DNA from: Candidatus Heimdallarchaeota archaeon
Lineage (GTDB): Archaea; Asgardarchaeota; Heimdallarchaeia; JABLTI01
DNA: 64,000 bases
Reading direction: 5' to 3'
Assembly (NCBI GenBank): GCA_018238155.1
Contig: JABCTZ010000019.1
Span: forward strand, 64,001-128,000
Every line of letters starts with the position of its first letter. The first letter of the stretch is position 1. The translations under genes and the position numbers were made by a program. Under the pieces are notes generated by a model. That model searched no databases and was not told the origin of the DNA. It saw only the letters and a list, made by a program, of their open reading frames with translations. Of the stretch, positions 52,201 through 60,638 are shown piece after piece.

Positions 52201-53450
52201 TTTGTTGTTTTTGCTACTTTTTCCTTTCTTTCAACAACATCTCCTGTTGTAGTTTCCTCGCTTTTATTTTGTAATTCCTTCACCTTTAAGCGTTTAGCGA
52301 TGAGGGATTTTTGTTCATTAAGATTAACTTCCTTTGGTCTTGCTTCTTCCCTTCCAATTCTTTCACGAAGAATACCGATAGAAATAGTCGTCATATCAAG
52401 CTCAAAATGCAAATCATCAAGTAAGATTTTTTGAAGTTCATCAAGTTTACCATAAACATCCTCAATTCGATAAAACCCATTTTCCTGCAATCCCTTGTAT
52501 ATTTCAGGTGGGAATAAAGCAGAAAGCTCTTCCCGACCAATATCTTCTCGACGATACATCTTCACATCGGGAGCAAAAGTATACTCGAATATTATATCTG
52601 GTATTGCTGCAGTTATTTCTGCTGGAATATAAGGAAGTGGAGGTGGAGCTAAATCAATCACCCTTTCTATTTTTTTGATGAATTCTTCTTCAACAAGAGT
52701 TTCAAGATAGAATTGGATAGATTCTGCCTTTAGTAATTCTAAAACGAATTTTTCCTCACCTTGTTGAACTTCCCTCAGAATTTCTTTGATGCTCAATGGA
52801 ATACTGCTTTTCTCAAGTATTTCAACAAGAACATCTTTTACGTATTCTTTTCGCATTTCCATATCAATTGTTTGTGGTTTTGGGATAACTTTTGAATTCA
52901 TTCGATGCATTTCGATTAAAACATCGTACAACATTCGAATATTTAGTAACATTACTCTTCCACGGAGCATATCATTTTGAGCGAGTGCATCACGATATGC
53001 CTCCACAGAACGCATATACATTTTGTTTGTTCGCCAAAAATATTTTAACTGCTGCTCTTCAGCATTTTCTTTTAAAACTCTGCTAAATTTCTCTTGTACA
53101 GTTGTACAATAACCTGTTGCATTCCAGAAATCATCTGCCCCTAGTACTTTGAAAATATCTTCCTCAGAAGTAACTTGATTAAGCATATCATCTACACTTT
53201 TGGTAGCTTCTTTGGTCTTCTTAAGTTCAATTACCTGTCTCTCGAGATCTTTTTCTTCATCGAAGAGTGGTTGGTCTTCCTCTACAACTGCAAAAATATC
53301 TGGGCTATATTCTTCCATATAGACGTTTTCATCTGTGACTTTATCATCTTCTGTTGTAATAATATCTTCAATTGGCGTATCAGGTTCAATCTCTTCTTTT
53401 TTGAAGACCCTTTTTATCCATCCGAAAAATCTCTTAAACATGTTTTGCAC
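49221..53450 (-). CDS. Large SF2 DEAH helicase (ResIII/XPB-like) with long N-terminal extension
   Basis: RPYQ, SPTGSGKT, LVPT, DEAH, GFSGT, TGWD, QLRGRAMR. Confidence 0.9.
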   Translation of the reverse strand: MQNMFKRFFGWIKRVFKKEEIEPDTPIEDIITTEDDKVTDENVYMEEYSPDIFAVVEEDQPLFDEEKDLERQVIELKKTKEATKSVDDMLNQVTSEEDIFKVLGADDFWNATGYCTTVQEKFSRVLKENAEEQQLKYFWRTNKMYMRSVEAYRDALAQNDMLRGRVMLLNIRMLYDVLIEMHRMNSKVIPKPQTIDMEMRKEYVKDVLVEILEKSSIPLSIKEILREVQQGEEKFVLELLKAESIQFYLETLVEEEFIKKIERVIDLAPPPLPYIPAEITAAIPDIIFEYTFAPDVKMYRREDIGREELSALFPPEIYKGLQENGFYRIEDVYGKLDELQKILLDDLHFELDMTTISIGILRERIGREEARPKEVNLNEQKSLIAKRLKVKELQNKSEETTTGDVVERKEKVAKTTKVKKPKIDILKIPHQDIINSPIPRPYQLEAYYMFKGEKYNGNIIDSPTGSGKTLMGMMCIQDWTRKLRFNESILVLVPTQNYQSQWVDSICFNEIGLQISPSFVFSGTITQLENFIQKTREIPPIIILTYTSLAQVLGAKTKKEKELRQLINWLGIRHVIFDEAHKIVEQEGSATNEVAKRLVKIFKGAHIENLIGFSGTAKAYEKDFKKLKLKLIYIVPEKELVMHGFVAPIAELGVTFAYSGREKAIRELHNELKMNMKQLWNYFGDNNLRREFQKIPMNDRLFICKELLGMYQSYRRDMVNEKLKSKFLDWSPNREKRPLSLIDTNLVQTVQIYNSWSDISLAYNSQHANAAREIVEETEQLVMRLEQLIRIPSLQKMIKSEKYGKRMPKRKTFYDIRKESKDRKETSKKVRKIMCSTMVGIYKTLDTWARTKIGEGRVGTFQSIINAEEEIRDVKGVVIFDTGRTIKVEDDTGIGSPGFSGVGGSFAQSLSTNILKYNPIAVQSSEMYISFNPELEKPLHIMMAEFVRNEVIVDKLTERIFMELIFELPFQEQLSNFMYLTFKELMSTYAKSLRKVYRARFSEFANKVFEPLGDFIDEMTVMDDALNLSIKLLKDRIANPSIRIDNIVLKLYDYGIIARKIEFANKGVLQTATGDLVDYYYLKMPSGRQKQLIYDLVSDFLDSEELPIQLIFVSAWARTGWDVRTPDILIDATATRDVTAWQQLRGRAMRALESWTIDCYKTIAVLLGKAGTSNQIIEKLPLEMQRNFQKIQKEFAPKKELTAEMIDLLDISIDESKLLSEEKAVLKAKVNEGSLDKLSSNERMKLIIYLMLSKNKVAHIFEMVKASGSTKQVEFNKKDGTWHRKAAIAKKHREEPILPVPGAKRRRGKYIAPLVYSKDPTKDTPAEVKSTLKNLLQGLDEDLLDNWVLSLVEENVKSESVDSNSEAVQERKKLEELALQEEKMKKIEVDGVSENILKEFLSEIDSIEF

Positions 53451-53597
53451 AGTCCTAGCTACGCGAGACTATTTTATGATATTCTCTTCATTTTTTACTT
53501 TATTTATCAACTAAAATAGAGTAGTTGATGTTAAATGATAGTAATAACTACCTCATCTTCAAAATCTTAAAATGTTGAAGTGGTTTTTTAATATATC

Positions 53598-54335
53598 CTA
53601 TTGGATATGAAATTGTTTTTTGATTACTTCTTTTACTATCGATTCCAATGATTTCATTAGTGGATTAAAGGAGCTTGGTCTATATTTTCGTTTAAAATGC
53701 CCGTTGGTATCTAAAAGGATGTCTCGAGGAGTGTTCCGCAAAATCTGCTGTAAGTCACTTTTTGCTTGTTGGCAAGAACCATTAAAGATATGATCTTTCA
53801 AATTTGGGAACAAATCACTAACTCCTGCACTCTCAAAGAGTTGCTGTATGTGTCGTTGGGATATTTTTCTGCCCCAAGGTAAATCTTGTTTATTAACGAA
53901 AACGGTAAATGGTATTTTCTTATTAATGATATCCTCACCCTTCAATTCTTTTAATTCTCTAAGTGACCAAATGTTTTCTTCCCAATTATCTAAATCAGCA
54001 TCTATGACTATTACTAATCCATGAATGCCTTGTAAAACAACTTTTCTAGTTTCTCGTAATCTTCTTTGTCCTGCAGTTGTAAAAACATGGATTTTGAAAA
54101 GATATTCATCAGTTTCTGGTTTCGCACCAAATCCAAAAACTGCCTGATCAAAGAATACAGTTCTACCGGTTTGCTGGTCTGCAACAGTAACAAAATCGAA
54201 TACTCCTTTGGGATTCTCTAAAGATTTCATAACCTTAACAGCTGTTATTGTAAATGTTTTTCCAGACATTGTCGGACCCCAATAACAGATTTTTAAGGAT
54301 CTTATTGTTCGATATTTATGTATTAGCACAATCAA
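53598..54335 (-). CDS. MglA-type small GTPase
   Basis: KICYWGPTMSGKT, GRTVFFD, TTAGQ, NKQDLP. Confidence 0.88.
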   Translation of the reverse strand: MIVLIHKYRTIRSLKICYWGPTMSGKTFTITAVKVMKSLENPKGVFDFVTVADQQTGRTVFFDQAVFGFGAKPETDEYLFKIHVFTTAGQRRLRETRKVVLQGIHGLVIVIDADLDNWEENIWSLRELKELKGEDIINKKIPFTVFVNKQDLPWGRKISQRHIQQLFESAGVSDLFPNLKDHIFNGSCQQAKSDLQQILRNTPRDILLDTNGHFKRKYRPSSFNPLMKSLESIVKEVIKKQFHIQ

Positions 54336-54426
54336 ACCTCAAGTTAGTTTTTTTTCGCTATTTGTATTAATTAAAGATACTTTTTGCATACAAAAAATGT
54401 TTTGATTTGACATTTTCCATTTGTTA

Positions 54427-55545
54427 TTATTCTATAGGAATTATTGCTTCCCCACACTTGGAGCATTTATCTGCCCAAGGAATTCTTGCATTGCATTGTG
54501 AACATATCCGTAAGATTTCAGTAGATTTGCTGGTTGGAGTAAGGATGGGTTCTGGAATAGGATATATCATAAGTGGTTGTGGGTCAGGTATCTTATCAAT
54601 TTCAATTTCTTTCTCATCAATAGTACCTTTAATTCTGTCAATATATGGATTAACTAAATCTAATCTTTTGTTAGCGGCTTCTAATAATTCGGTATTATTT
54701 TCAGAAAGTTTTGCTGCGTTTTCAAAATAACTTCTAGCTTTCAGTAAATACATATAGGCTTTATCTGATTCACTTCGATTTGAAAGTCCGACTGCAATAT
54801 AGAAACAAGACATTCCCAATTCAGTAGAAGCCAGTATTTTCACTCGATTGTCAGATTCTTCTGGAAGGTCAAAATTCATCATAGCAAATTTATAAGAAGC
54901 TGCACCCGCGAAAAGCTTCGATGCTTTGTCAAAATCACCTTGTTTACGAGCTAAAAATGCTTCTGATTTTGTAATTTCTGCTTCAATTTCCAGTTTCCTT
55001 AACAAAAGCATTTGGTAGAACGGTTTTGCATAATGATTTTCTTGATCTGGTGATAATTTTTCAATAAATTCTATAGCGCTTAGTAGTGCTGCTAATGATG
55101 AGATATGATAATATCTATACTGTAAACTAGTTTGAACATTTGATATGGCTCTTGATTGATAGACTGCAGATACAAGATAAAGTAGAATGGCTATTTCATA
55201 ATTCTCTTCTACAACTCTACCAAGATATCCATCATCTAAAGAAATCCAGCGAGTTTTTAGGCCTATAGCTTCAAATTTTGTTTTTCCAAAGCTATTAGCA
55301 AATATATTTGAGATTGTTTGCAATGCTTTTATTTGACTTGATGAATTTTTAGATGGAAAAATTTGTTCTACATATTCTGGAAGGGTTGCTTTTAATTCAG
55401 AAATAATTTTCACTGTCTTTTGATTTGCACTCGTTTCATCAATAGTTTCAATGAGTTTCAGAAAACCTATCAAGAAATCTTTCTCTTCTTCAAGATATAT
55501 GGAAATCAATTTTGGGTCAAAGGGAATTTTATAAAGGGCTTTCAT
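54427..55545 (-). CDS. Alpha-helical (TPR-like) protein with C-terminal Zn ribbon
   Basis: Ala-rich helical repeats, Pro-rich linker, CSQC-x8-CSKC. Confidence 0.72.
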   Translation of the reverse strand: MKALYKIPFDPKLISIYLEEEKDFLIGFLKLIETIDETSANQKTVKIISELKATLPEYVEQIFPSKNSSSQIKALQTISNIFANSFGKTKFEAIGLKTRWISLDDGYLGRVVEENYEIAILLYLVSAVYQSRAISNVQTSLQYRYYHISSLAALLSAIEFIEKLSPDQENHYAKPFYQMLLLRKLEIEAEITKSEAFLARKQGDFDKASKLFAGAASYKFAMMNFDLPEESDNRVKILASTELGMSCFYIAVGLSNRSESDKAYMYLLKARSYFENAAKLSENNTELLEAANKRLDLVNPYIDRIKGTIDEKEIEIDKIPDPQPLMIYPIPEPILTPTSKSTEILRICSQCNARIPWADKCSKCGEAIIPIE

Positions 55546-55568
55546 TTGTTAATCACTTCTTTCCAATA

Positions 55569-56258
55569 TTATTCAACTATGATGATTGCCCCAATTGCAT
55601 CATCTAAGGATGGCCTATCAGGCATCATTTCTTTCTTGGTTTTTTCATTTGTTTCTACTTTCTTTAATTGAGGAGGACCACCGCGAGCTGGTCTATCTAC
55701 GCTAGGAGCTGGTCTTGATCTTGTTGTTGCAGCAGTTGTAGTACCTGAGGTTGGATGTGTTGCTGGTTGGCCATCCCTCAAGTCTGTCATGACTTTGGTC
55801 ATTACTTCAGCAAATTGACCAAAAACAGCTTGTAATGATTCTGAATCTTTCGATTCTTCTGAACTACCTGTATTTAAGCCATAAATTCCACGTTCGATTC
55901 TCATTTTCAATCTAATAGAATCGCGAACCCATTCAGCTCTTCCTCTGGTGGCAACATTTTCATTAATATATTCAATAATGTCCATGTGTTTAGCTGGACT
56001 AAGAGTAACAACAATATTCATTGTTTCAGAACTAATTGTTTCTGTTTTGTCACCTTTCAATGAAATGCTACGTTTTATAGTTGAGATTAGAGTTCTTCTT
56101 TTGCCTTTATTCAAATCTCGACTAACTTCTTTTGATTCTTCTTTCCACTTCTGTGGAATTGTCTTCTTCGACTTTTTACTTGAAGTACTCTTCTTCTTCT
56201 TTTTTTTATCTTTGGAAGTTTTGGATGTTGGTTTTTTAGAGCTCATTGAATCCATCAT
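55569..56258 (-). CDS. ParR-like ribbon-helix-helix protein with Lys-rich N-terminus and disordered tail
   Basis: NIVVTLS...DIIEYIN.....RAEWVRDSIR (strand-helix-helix); overlaps the 3' end of the actin-like gene. Confidence 0.65.
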   Translation of the reverse strand: MMDSMSSKKPTSKTSKDKKKKKKSTSSKKSKKTIPQKWKEESKEVSRDLNKGKRRTLISTIKRSISLKGDKTETISSETMNIVVTLSPAKHMDIIEYINENVATRGRAEWVRDSIRLKMRIERGIYGLNTGSSEESKDSESLQAVFGQFAEVMTKVMTDLRDGQPATHPTSGTTTAATTRSRPAPSVDRPARGGPPQLKKVETNEKTKKEMMPDRPSLDDAIGAIIIVE

Positions 56259-57309
56259 CTCCTAATCTATTCACAAAAGTTCTTGCGAACATTTCAAATC
56301 CCATAGCATTAGACATTACGGGATCCTCTGGCATTGCAAGCATTTCTGGGTGATCAGCTAAACCTGCTTGTTCAAATCCTGCTCTTAATCGGTCACCAAA
56401 AATATGCATACCTCCTCCACAAAGGATGACTTTTTCTATAATTGCATCAGGTGGCAAAGTGCCTATTAATCGGTTTACTTCATCCAAAATGACATCTGAA
56501 ATAATTTCTATATGATATTCTTTCATACTTGCAATATCCCATTTTTCTCCTTGAATTGTAAGAATGTCTTTTTGCTGAGAAAGAGATGTCATAAGATCAA
56601 AAGGGCGAATTATTTTACCCGTTTGATTTTGCAATTCTTGGGCAATTCTATGTGTTAGAGTGTCGGTTGCTTCTTCTAAGCTCCCCGAAGCTTGACGCAT
56701 AATTCTTCCTTCGTACAAGGTTAAGATGTCTGTTGAACCATGTCCAACATCGATAACAATAGCATCTACCGCTCGCGCCTCCCCTTCAGTTTTAAGGGTG
56801 TGATAATACGTTCCAAAAGGCTCTGGCATTACTATGCAATTTTTTATTGTTAATTTCCGGTGAAATTTTTCACCAGTAGCTTCATTTTCAATTTTAAGAT
56901 CTAAATCTCCTTTCAACCCTTTAGCAAGTTTAGTCATTTCCTTTTTAGAAGAAGCTACAGGTACACCTGTTGCCATAATAATTTGATCGTGATCTTTTTT
57001 AGTAATTAAAGCAAGAACCGCTTTTATTGCTAAGATAGCATCTTCAATACTTTTTACTTTCCCTTCGCTAGCTATTGCTCGTTTTATTTCGCTCTGTAAT
57101 CTTGCAAGTTCACCAACATAAAGACTCTTTTCTCCATCAGAAATAACTAAATTTTTCTCTAAAGATTTATCGCCACTAAATCCACTCCAACCTTGTAATG
57201 GAGTGCCAACTATAGAAGGAATCTTCTTTAGGTTATCGGCACAAGAGAGTTTTATTGTTGATGTTCCTAAATCGATACCAATTGCTCGATATGTGGGTCT
57301 TAAAGACAT
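56236..57309 (-). CDS. ParM/StbA-family actin-like ATPase
   Basis: Phosphate-1 GIDLGTSTIK, TGVPV, connect-1 MPEPFG, phosphate-2 IDVGHGSTD, adenosine LCGGG, connect-2 DPVMSNAMGF. Confidence 0.92.
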   Translation of the reverse strand: MSLRPTYRAIGIDLGTSTIKLSCADNLKKIPSIVGTPLQGWSGFSGDKSLEKNLVISDGEKSLYVGELARLQSEIKRAIASEGKVKSIEDAILAIKAVLALITKKDHDQIIMATGVPVASSKKEMTKLAKGLKGDLDLKIENEATGEKFHRKLTIKNCIVMPEPFGTYYHTLKTEGEARAVDAIVIDVGHGSTDILTLYEGRIMRQASGSLEEATDTLTHRIAQELQNQTGKIIRPFDLMTSLSQQKDILTIQGEKWDIASMKEYHIEIISDVILDEVNRLIGTLPPDAIIEKVILCGGGMHIFGDRLRAGFEQAGLADHPEMLAMPEDPVMSNAMGFEMFARTFVNRLGDDGFNEL

Positions 57310-57571
57310 TGTGTATTTACTTCCCCCTAAGGGTTGAATTTTGTATTATATTATTAACTAGATTTTAATACACTTAAAACCTATTGAATTATTCATACAT
57401 AATAGTAAAAAGTGTTGCCATTTTAGCATATAATTTCACTATGAAATAGACTTCTGTGGAACAACTTTTAATATTCATTTAATATTCGAGTATATGTAGT
57501 TTTATTAAAACGGATTTTTATTTCAAAAAGCATTAATTATAAAAATCAAGAAATATTGTTGGTGTGTAAAG

Positions 57572-57853
57572 ATGTTCAAAGATTTATCAACAAAAGAGCT
57601 AAAAGACCTATATGCTAATCGACCATGGATAAATAAAACAGCGTTAACAAATCTCTTTTTGTCTGCTTTTGCAGAAGCAGTTATTCCTGCATTGGATAAA
57701 GCCATGGAACGAATGTACAAAATTCTTTCAAGTACTGAATTCATTGCAAAAATGGAAGAGGAAGTAATTGACGAATCTGTTGCTCGAGTAATTGAAATGA
57801 TAAAAGACGAACTTCGTGAAGAGATAGTTAAAGGAATGGCTTTTGAAGAATGA
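57572..57853 (+). CDS. Small helical hypothetical protein, divergent from the actin-like gene
   Basis: 93-aa ORF with GGTG upstream and a short hairpin downstream. Confidence 0.7.
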   Translation: MFKDLSTKELKDLYANRPWINKTALTNLFLSAFAEAVIPALDKAMERMYKILSSTEFIAKMEEEVIDESVARVIEMIKDELREEIVKGMAFEE

Positions 57854-57911
57854 GCTTAGAGAGATAAACTCTCTTTCACTATTCTTGTTTTTCTTTGTAA
57901 AAAACTCCAGC

Positions 57912-58583
57912 TTATTCTCTAATTTTTGGTTTTACTGATTTCACCCAATTAATCCATTCATCCATTGACTCATTTCTTTTTAGTGCAACTGAGAAAGTGA
58001 GAATTTCCGGTTGGATTTCTTTTGCATGGTTGAAGAGAATTTTCTCTGTGAAATCTGGAAAATATTCCAATAGATCTGCTTTAGTAATTACTACAACATC
58101 AGCTTCCTTGTAAATAACTGGATATTTCTTTGGTTTATGTGGTCCTTCGGGTACACTAGCAATAATTACTCGATAATCTTCTCCAAGATCATGTGAGGAT
58201 GGGCAAACTAAATTTCCAACATTTTCTATAAATAATATATCAATACTAGATAGATCCATTTTTTTCAAAGCATTTCTGATTAATGGTGCATCTAAGTGAC
58301 ACATTCCACCAGTATTAATTTGAAGAACATCTACTCCAAGAGCCATAATTCTTTCAGCATCAATAGTTGTTGCTAGATCTCCTTCAATAACAGCTATTTT
58401 CTTTTCCCCTTGTAATCTTATAATGGTATTTTCAATGAGAGTTGTTTTTCCACCACCAGGTGATCCCATAATATTAATACAAATGAGGTTATTTGCTCTA
58501 AGTAGAGCTCTATTTTCGTCAGCGATTTGTTCATTTATTTTTGCTACTCTCTCTAATACAGGAATTTTTTTTGTTTTGTTCAA
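57912..58583 (-). CDS. hypB: Hydrogenase nickel-insertion GTPase HypB
   Basis: GSPGGGKT, IEGDL.T..DA, NTGGMCHLDA, ENVGNLVCP, ITKAD. Confidence 0.96.
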   Translation of the reverse strand: MNKTKKIPVLERVAKINEQIADENRALLRANNLICINIMGSPGGGKTTLIENTIIRLQGEKKIAVIEGDLATTIDAERIMALGVDVLQINTGGMCHLDAPLIRNALKKMDLSSIDILFIENVGNLVCPSSHDLGEDYRVIIASVPEGPHKPKKYPVIYKEADVVVITKADLLEYFPDFTEKILFNHAKEIQPEILTFSVALKRNESMDEWINWVKSVKPKIRE

Positions 58584-58868
58584 TTTCAGTATCTCAAATT
58601 CATTAAAGAAACGATGAGCTAATTTAATCTAATGTAATTTCTTATTATTAATACTACAGAAATAACCTTTCTTTAATAAAAATTGGTGTGATTTGAGAAG
58701 TGCAGATAATGACATTCAGTTGTGTACATATGAAATTTGATGAAATCTGGAGTTAACTTTTAAAGTTGGGTGTACATTAACTAATTGTAACATTCAAAAT
58801 AGATATCAAGTATGTGAGAGGAATCTCTCTATAGTAAAGATTTGCTAGTGTTATCGGGGAAGCTCTTC

Positions 58869-59501
58869 ATGGAATCCGTTAATAAAACCGACTTTAAACC
58901 TAGGATAGAAGAAAATTATCTAAAAATAGTTTTAGTGGGTGATTCTAATGTTGGCAAAACTACTCTTCTTAATGCATTAGTCGGTTCCGGAGAAACAGGG
59001 CGGGGGTATTCAGTCTCGCTTGAGATACCTATTGAAATAAAGAAAGGAGATAAGAAAGAACTTGTTGTTGGAAGGATTTATGATTTAAGATCTCAACGAT
59101 ACTTTCCTTTTCTACACTCTCTGTATTATAATAATGCAAAGGGAGCAATTATTGTTTTTGATATTACAGATAAGAATTCATTCAAATCATTAACAAAATG
59201 GCGCGATATTATTTGGGGGCATGTTGGGAATATTCCTCTACTTGTTTGTGGAAATAAAACCGATCTAAAAAATTCAAACGAAGAACAGGTTTTCCAACAA
59301 GAAGTACTAGCATTAATAAAATCATTTTCTAAAAATCGAGCAATGAAAACAACCTATATTGAACTGTCTGCTGAAAAAAGGATAATTGCATATACAGCTG
59401 AAAAAATGAAGAAATCACAATTGAAAGATATTTATCCAACAATCGATGCATTTAGAGACCCATTTGTACATTGGATTAAGGGACTTGCAAAGAAAACATG
59501 A
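58869..59501 (+). CDS. Rab/Ras-like small GTPase with degenerate G3
   Basis: KIVLVGDSNVGKT, IYDLRSQ, YY..A.GAIIVFDIT...SF, GNKTD, ELSA. Confidence 0.88.
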   Translation: MESVNKTDFKPRIEENYLKIVLVGDSNVGKTTLLNALVGSGETGRGYSVSLEIPIEIKKGDKKELVVGRIYDLRSQRYFPFLHSLYYNNAKGAIIVFDITDKNSFKSLTKWRDIIWGHVGNIPLLVCGNKTDLKNSNEEQVFQQEVLALIKSFSKNRAMKTTYIELSAEKRIIAYTAEKMKKSQLKDIYPTIDAFRDPFVHWIKGLAKKT

Positions 59502-59590
59502 AATTCAAAAGTCTTTATAGGCAAGTGTTACTTTTAGTAAATAGATGCGATGTTAGAATTTTCAACGAAATAGAAAAAAGATGAGTAAAA

Positions 59591-60580
59591 ATGATTCAAT
59601 CGGTAATAGTGAATGATGAAGCGTATCAACAAATGTTCAAATATGTCATTGAATTTGCTAATCCTGAAAGACCATATAGACAATGGAGGGAAGTGATTGG
59701 CTGGCTTGTTGGTAAGGTAGAAGGTGAGACTGTAACAGTAATCAAAGCTATTCCGATGACTAGTGGAAATTCTATTTTCGTTGAAATGTCTGATTATACC
59801 ATTATTCCAAAGATTGCAGAGGAAGCAGAAAGTATCAATGCTGTTATTGTCGGTTGGTTCCACAGCCATCCCTCATTTGGTTTTTTCTTATCTGGAGTTG
59901 ATATCAGAACACAACGTTATCAGCAAAGTCTATTTGATAATGCAATCGCCTTAGTCTGCGATCCAACAAAAATAACTTCGATAGAATCAGGAATTCACGG
60001 GTATCAAGTATATATGGATGAAGAACATAGAGGAAGAGAATATCGGGAATTAGATATTCTAATAGAAACTGAAGCTATGTACCCTGACCTTCTTTCTAAA
60101 TTCTTGGAAGAACAAGGAATTACACGATCCTTCTCAGATGCTATCTCACATGAAGAACTTTCAGCATTATATGCTCTCGAAGGAATTACACCACCACAAT
60201 TGGCTGCATTAAAAGCGAAACAATTATTGCCTTCCGAACAAAGTGCTAGACCAGTATTAGAAGGGGAGTATATTGTTAGTGATTTAATCAAAGCAAAAGA
60301 AGATTGTTATATTCAAATACGAATATCAAATACTGGCAAGGGTGTTGCTTGGTCAGTTGATCTTAATTTTAATCCAGGATTAGATTTTAAATTGTTTTCA
60401 ATGTATCCTCATCGAATAATTGATCAATTGAATTACGAAACTACTATCATTGAAACTTTCAAATTAAAACCTGTGAGAAAAGGGGAATTGCTTCTTCCTA
60501 GAACAATAATCAATTATAAATTAGCAAATGAGAAGCGGTACTATATTGTTGTACCTGCGCTCACAATCCTTGCAATATAG
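59591..60580 (+). CDS. JAMM/MPN+ metalloprotease fused to a C-terminal Ig-like domain
   Basis: EVIGWLVG, GWFHSHPSFGFFLSGVDIRTQ; C-terminal ISNTG..A..V.L. Confidence 0.9.
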   Translation: MIQSVIVNDEAYQQMFKYVIEFANPERPYRQWREVIGWLVGKVEGETVTVIKAIPMTSGNSIFVEMSDYTIIPKIAEEAESINAVIVGWFHSHPSFGFFLSGVDIRTQRYQQSLFDNAIALVCDPTKITSIESGIHGYQVYMDEEHRGREYRELDILIETEAMYPDLLSKFLEEQGITRSFSDAISHEELSALYALEGITPPQLAALKAKQLLPSEQSARPVLEGEYIVSDLIKAKEDCYIQIRISNTGKGVAWSVDLNFNPGLDFKLFSMYPHRIIDQLNYETTIIETFKLKPVRKGELLLPRTIINYKLANEKRYYIVVPALTILAI

Positions 60581-60601
60581 GAAATAAAAAATTGAAATGA
60601 A

Positions 60602-60627
60602 AAATCACTTATATTTACAAGTGATTT
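60602..60627. terminator. Hairpin between convergent genes
   Basis: AAATCACTT-atatttac-AAGTGATTT. Confidence 0.5.
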
Positions 60628-60638
60628 AATTCTTTCTC

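Noticed and set aside
58700-58800. GTGTACAT twice between hypB and the Rab-like gene as a nickel-regulator site
   Set aside because: Spacing and symmetry match no operator I can support
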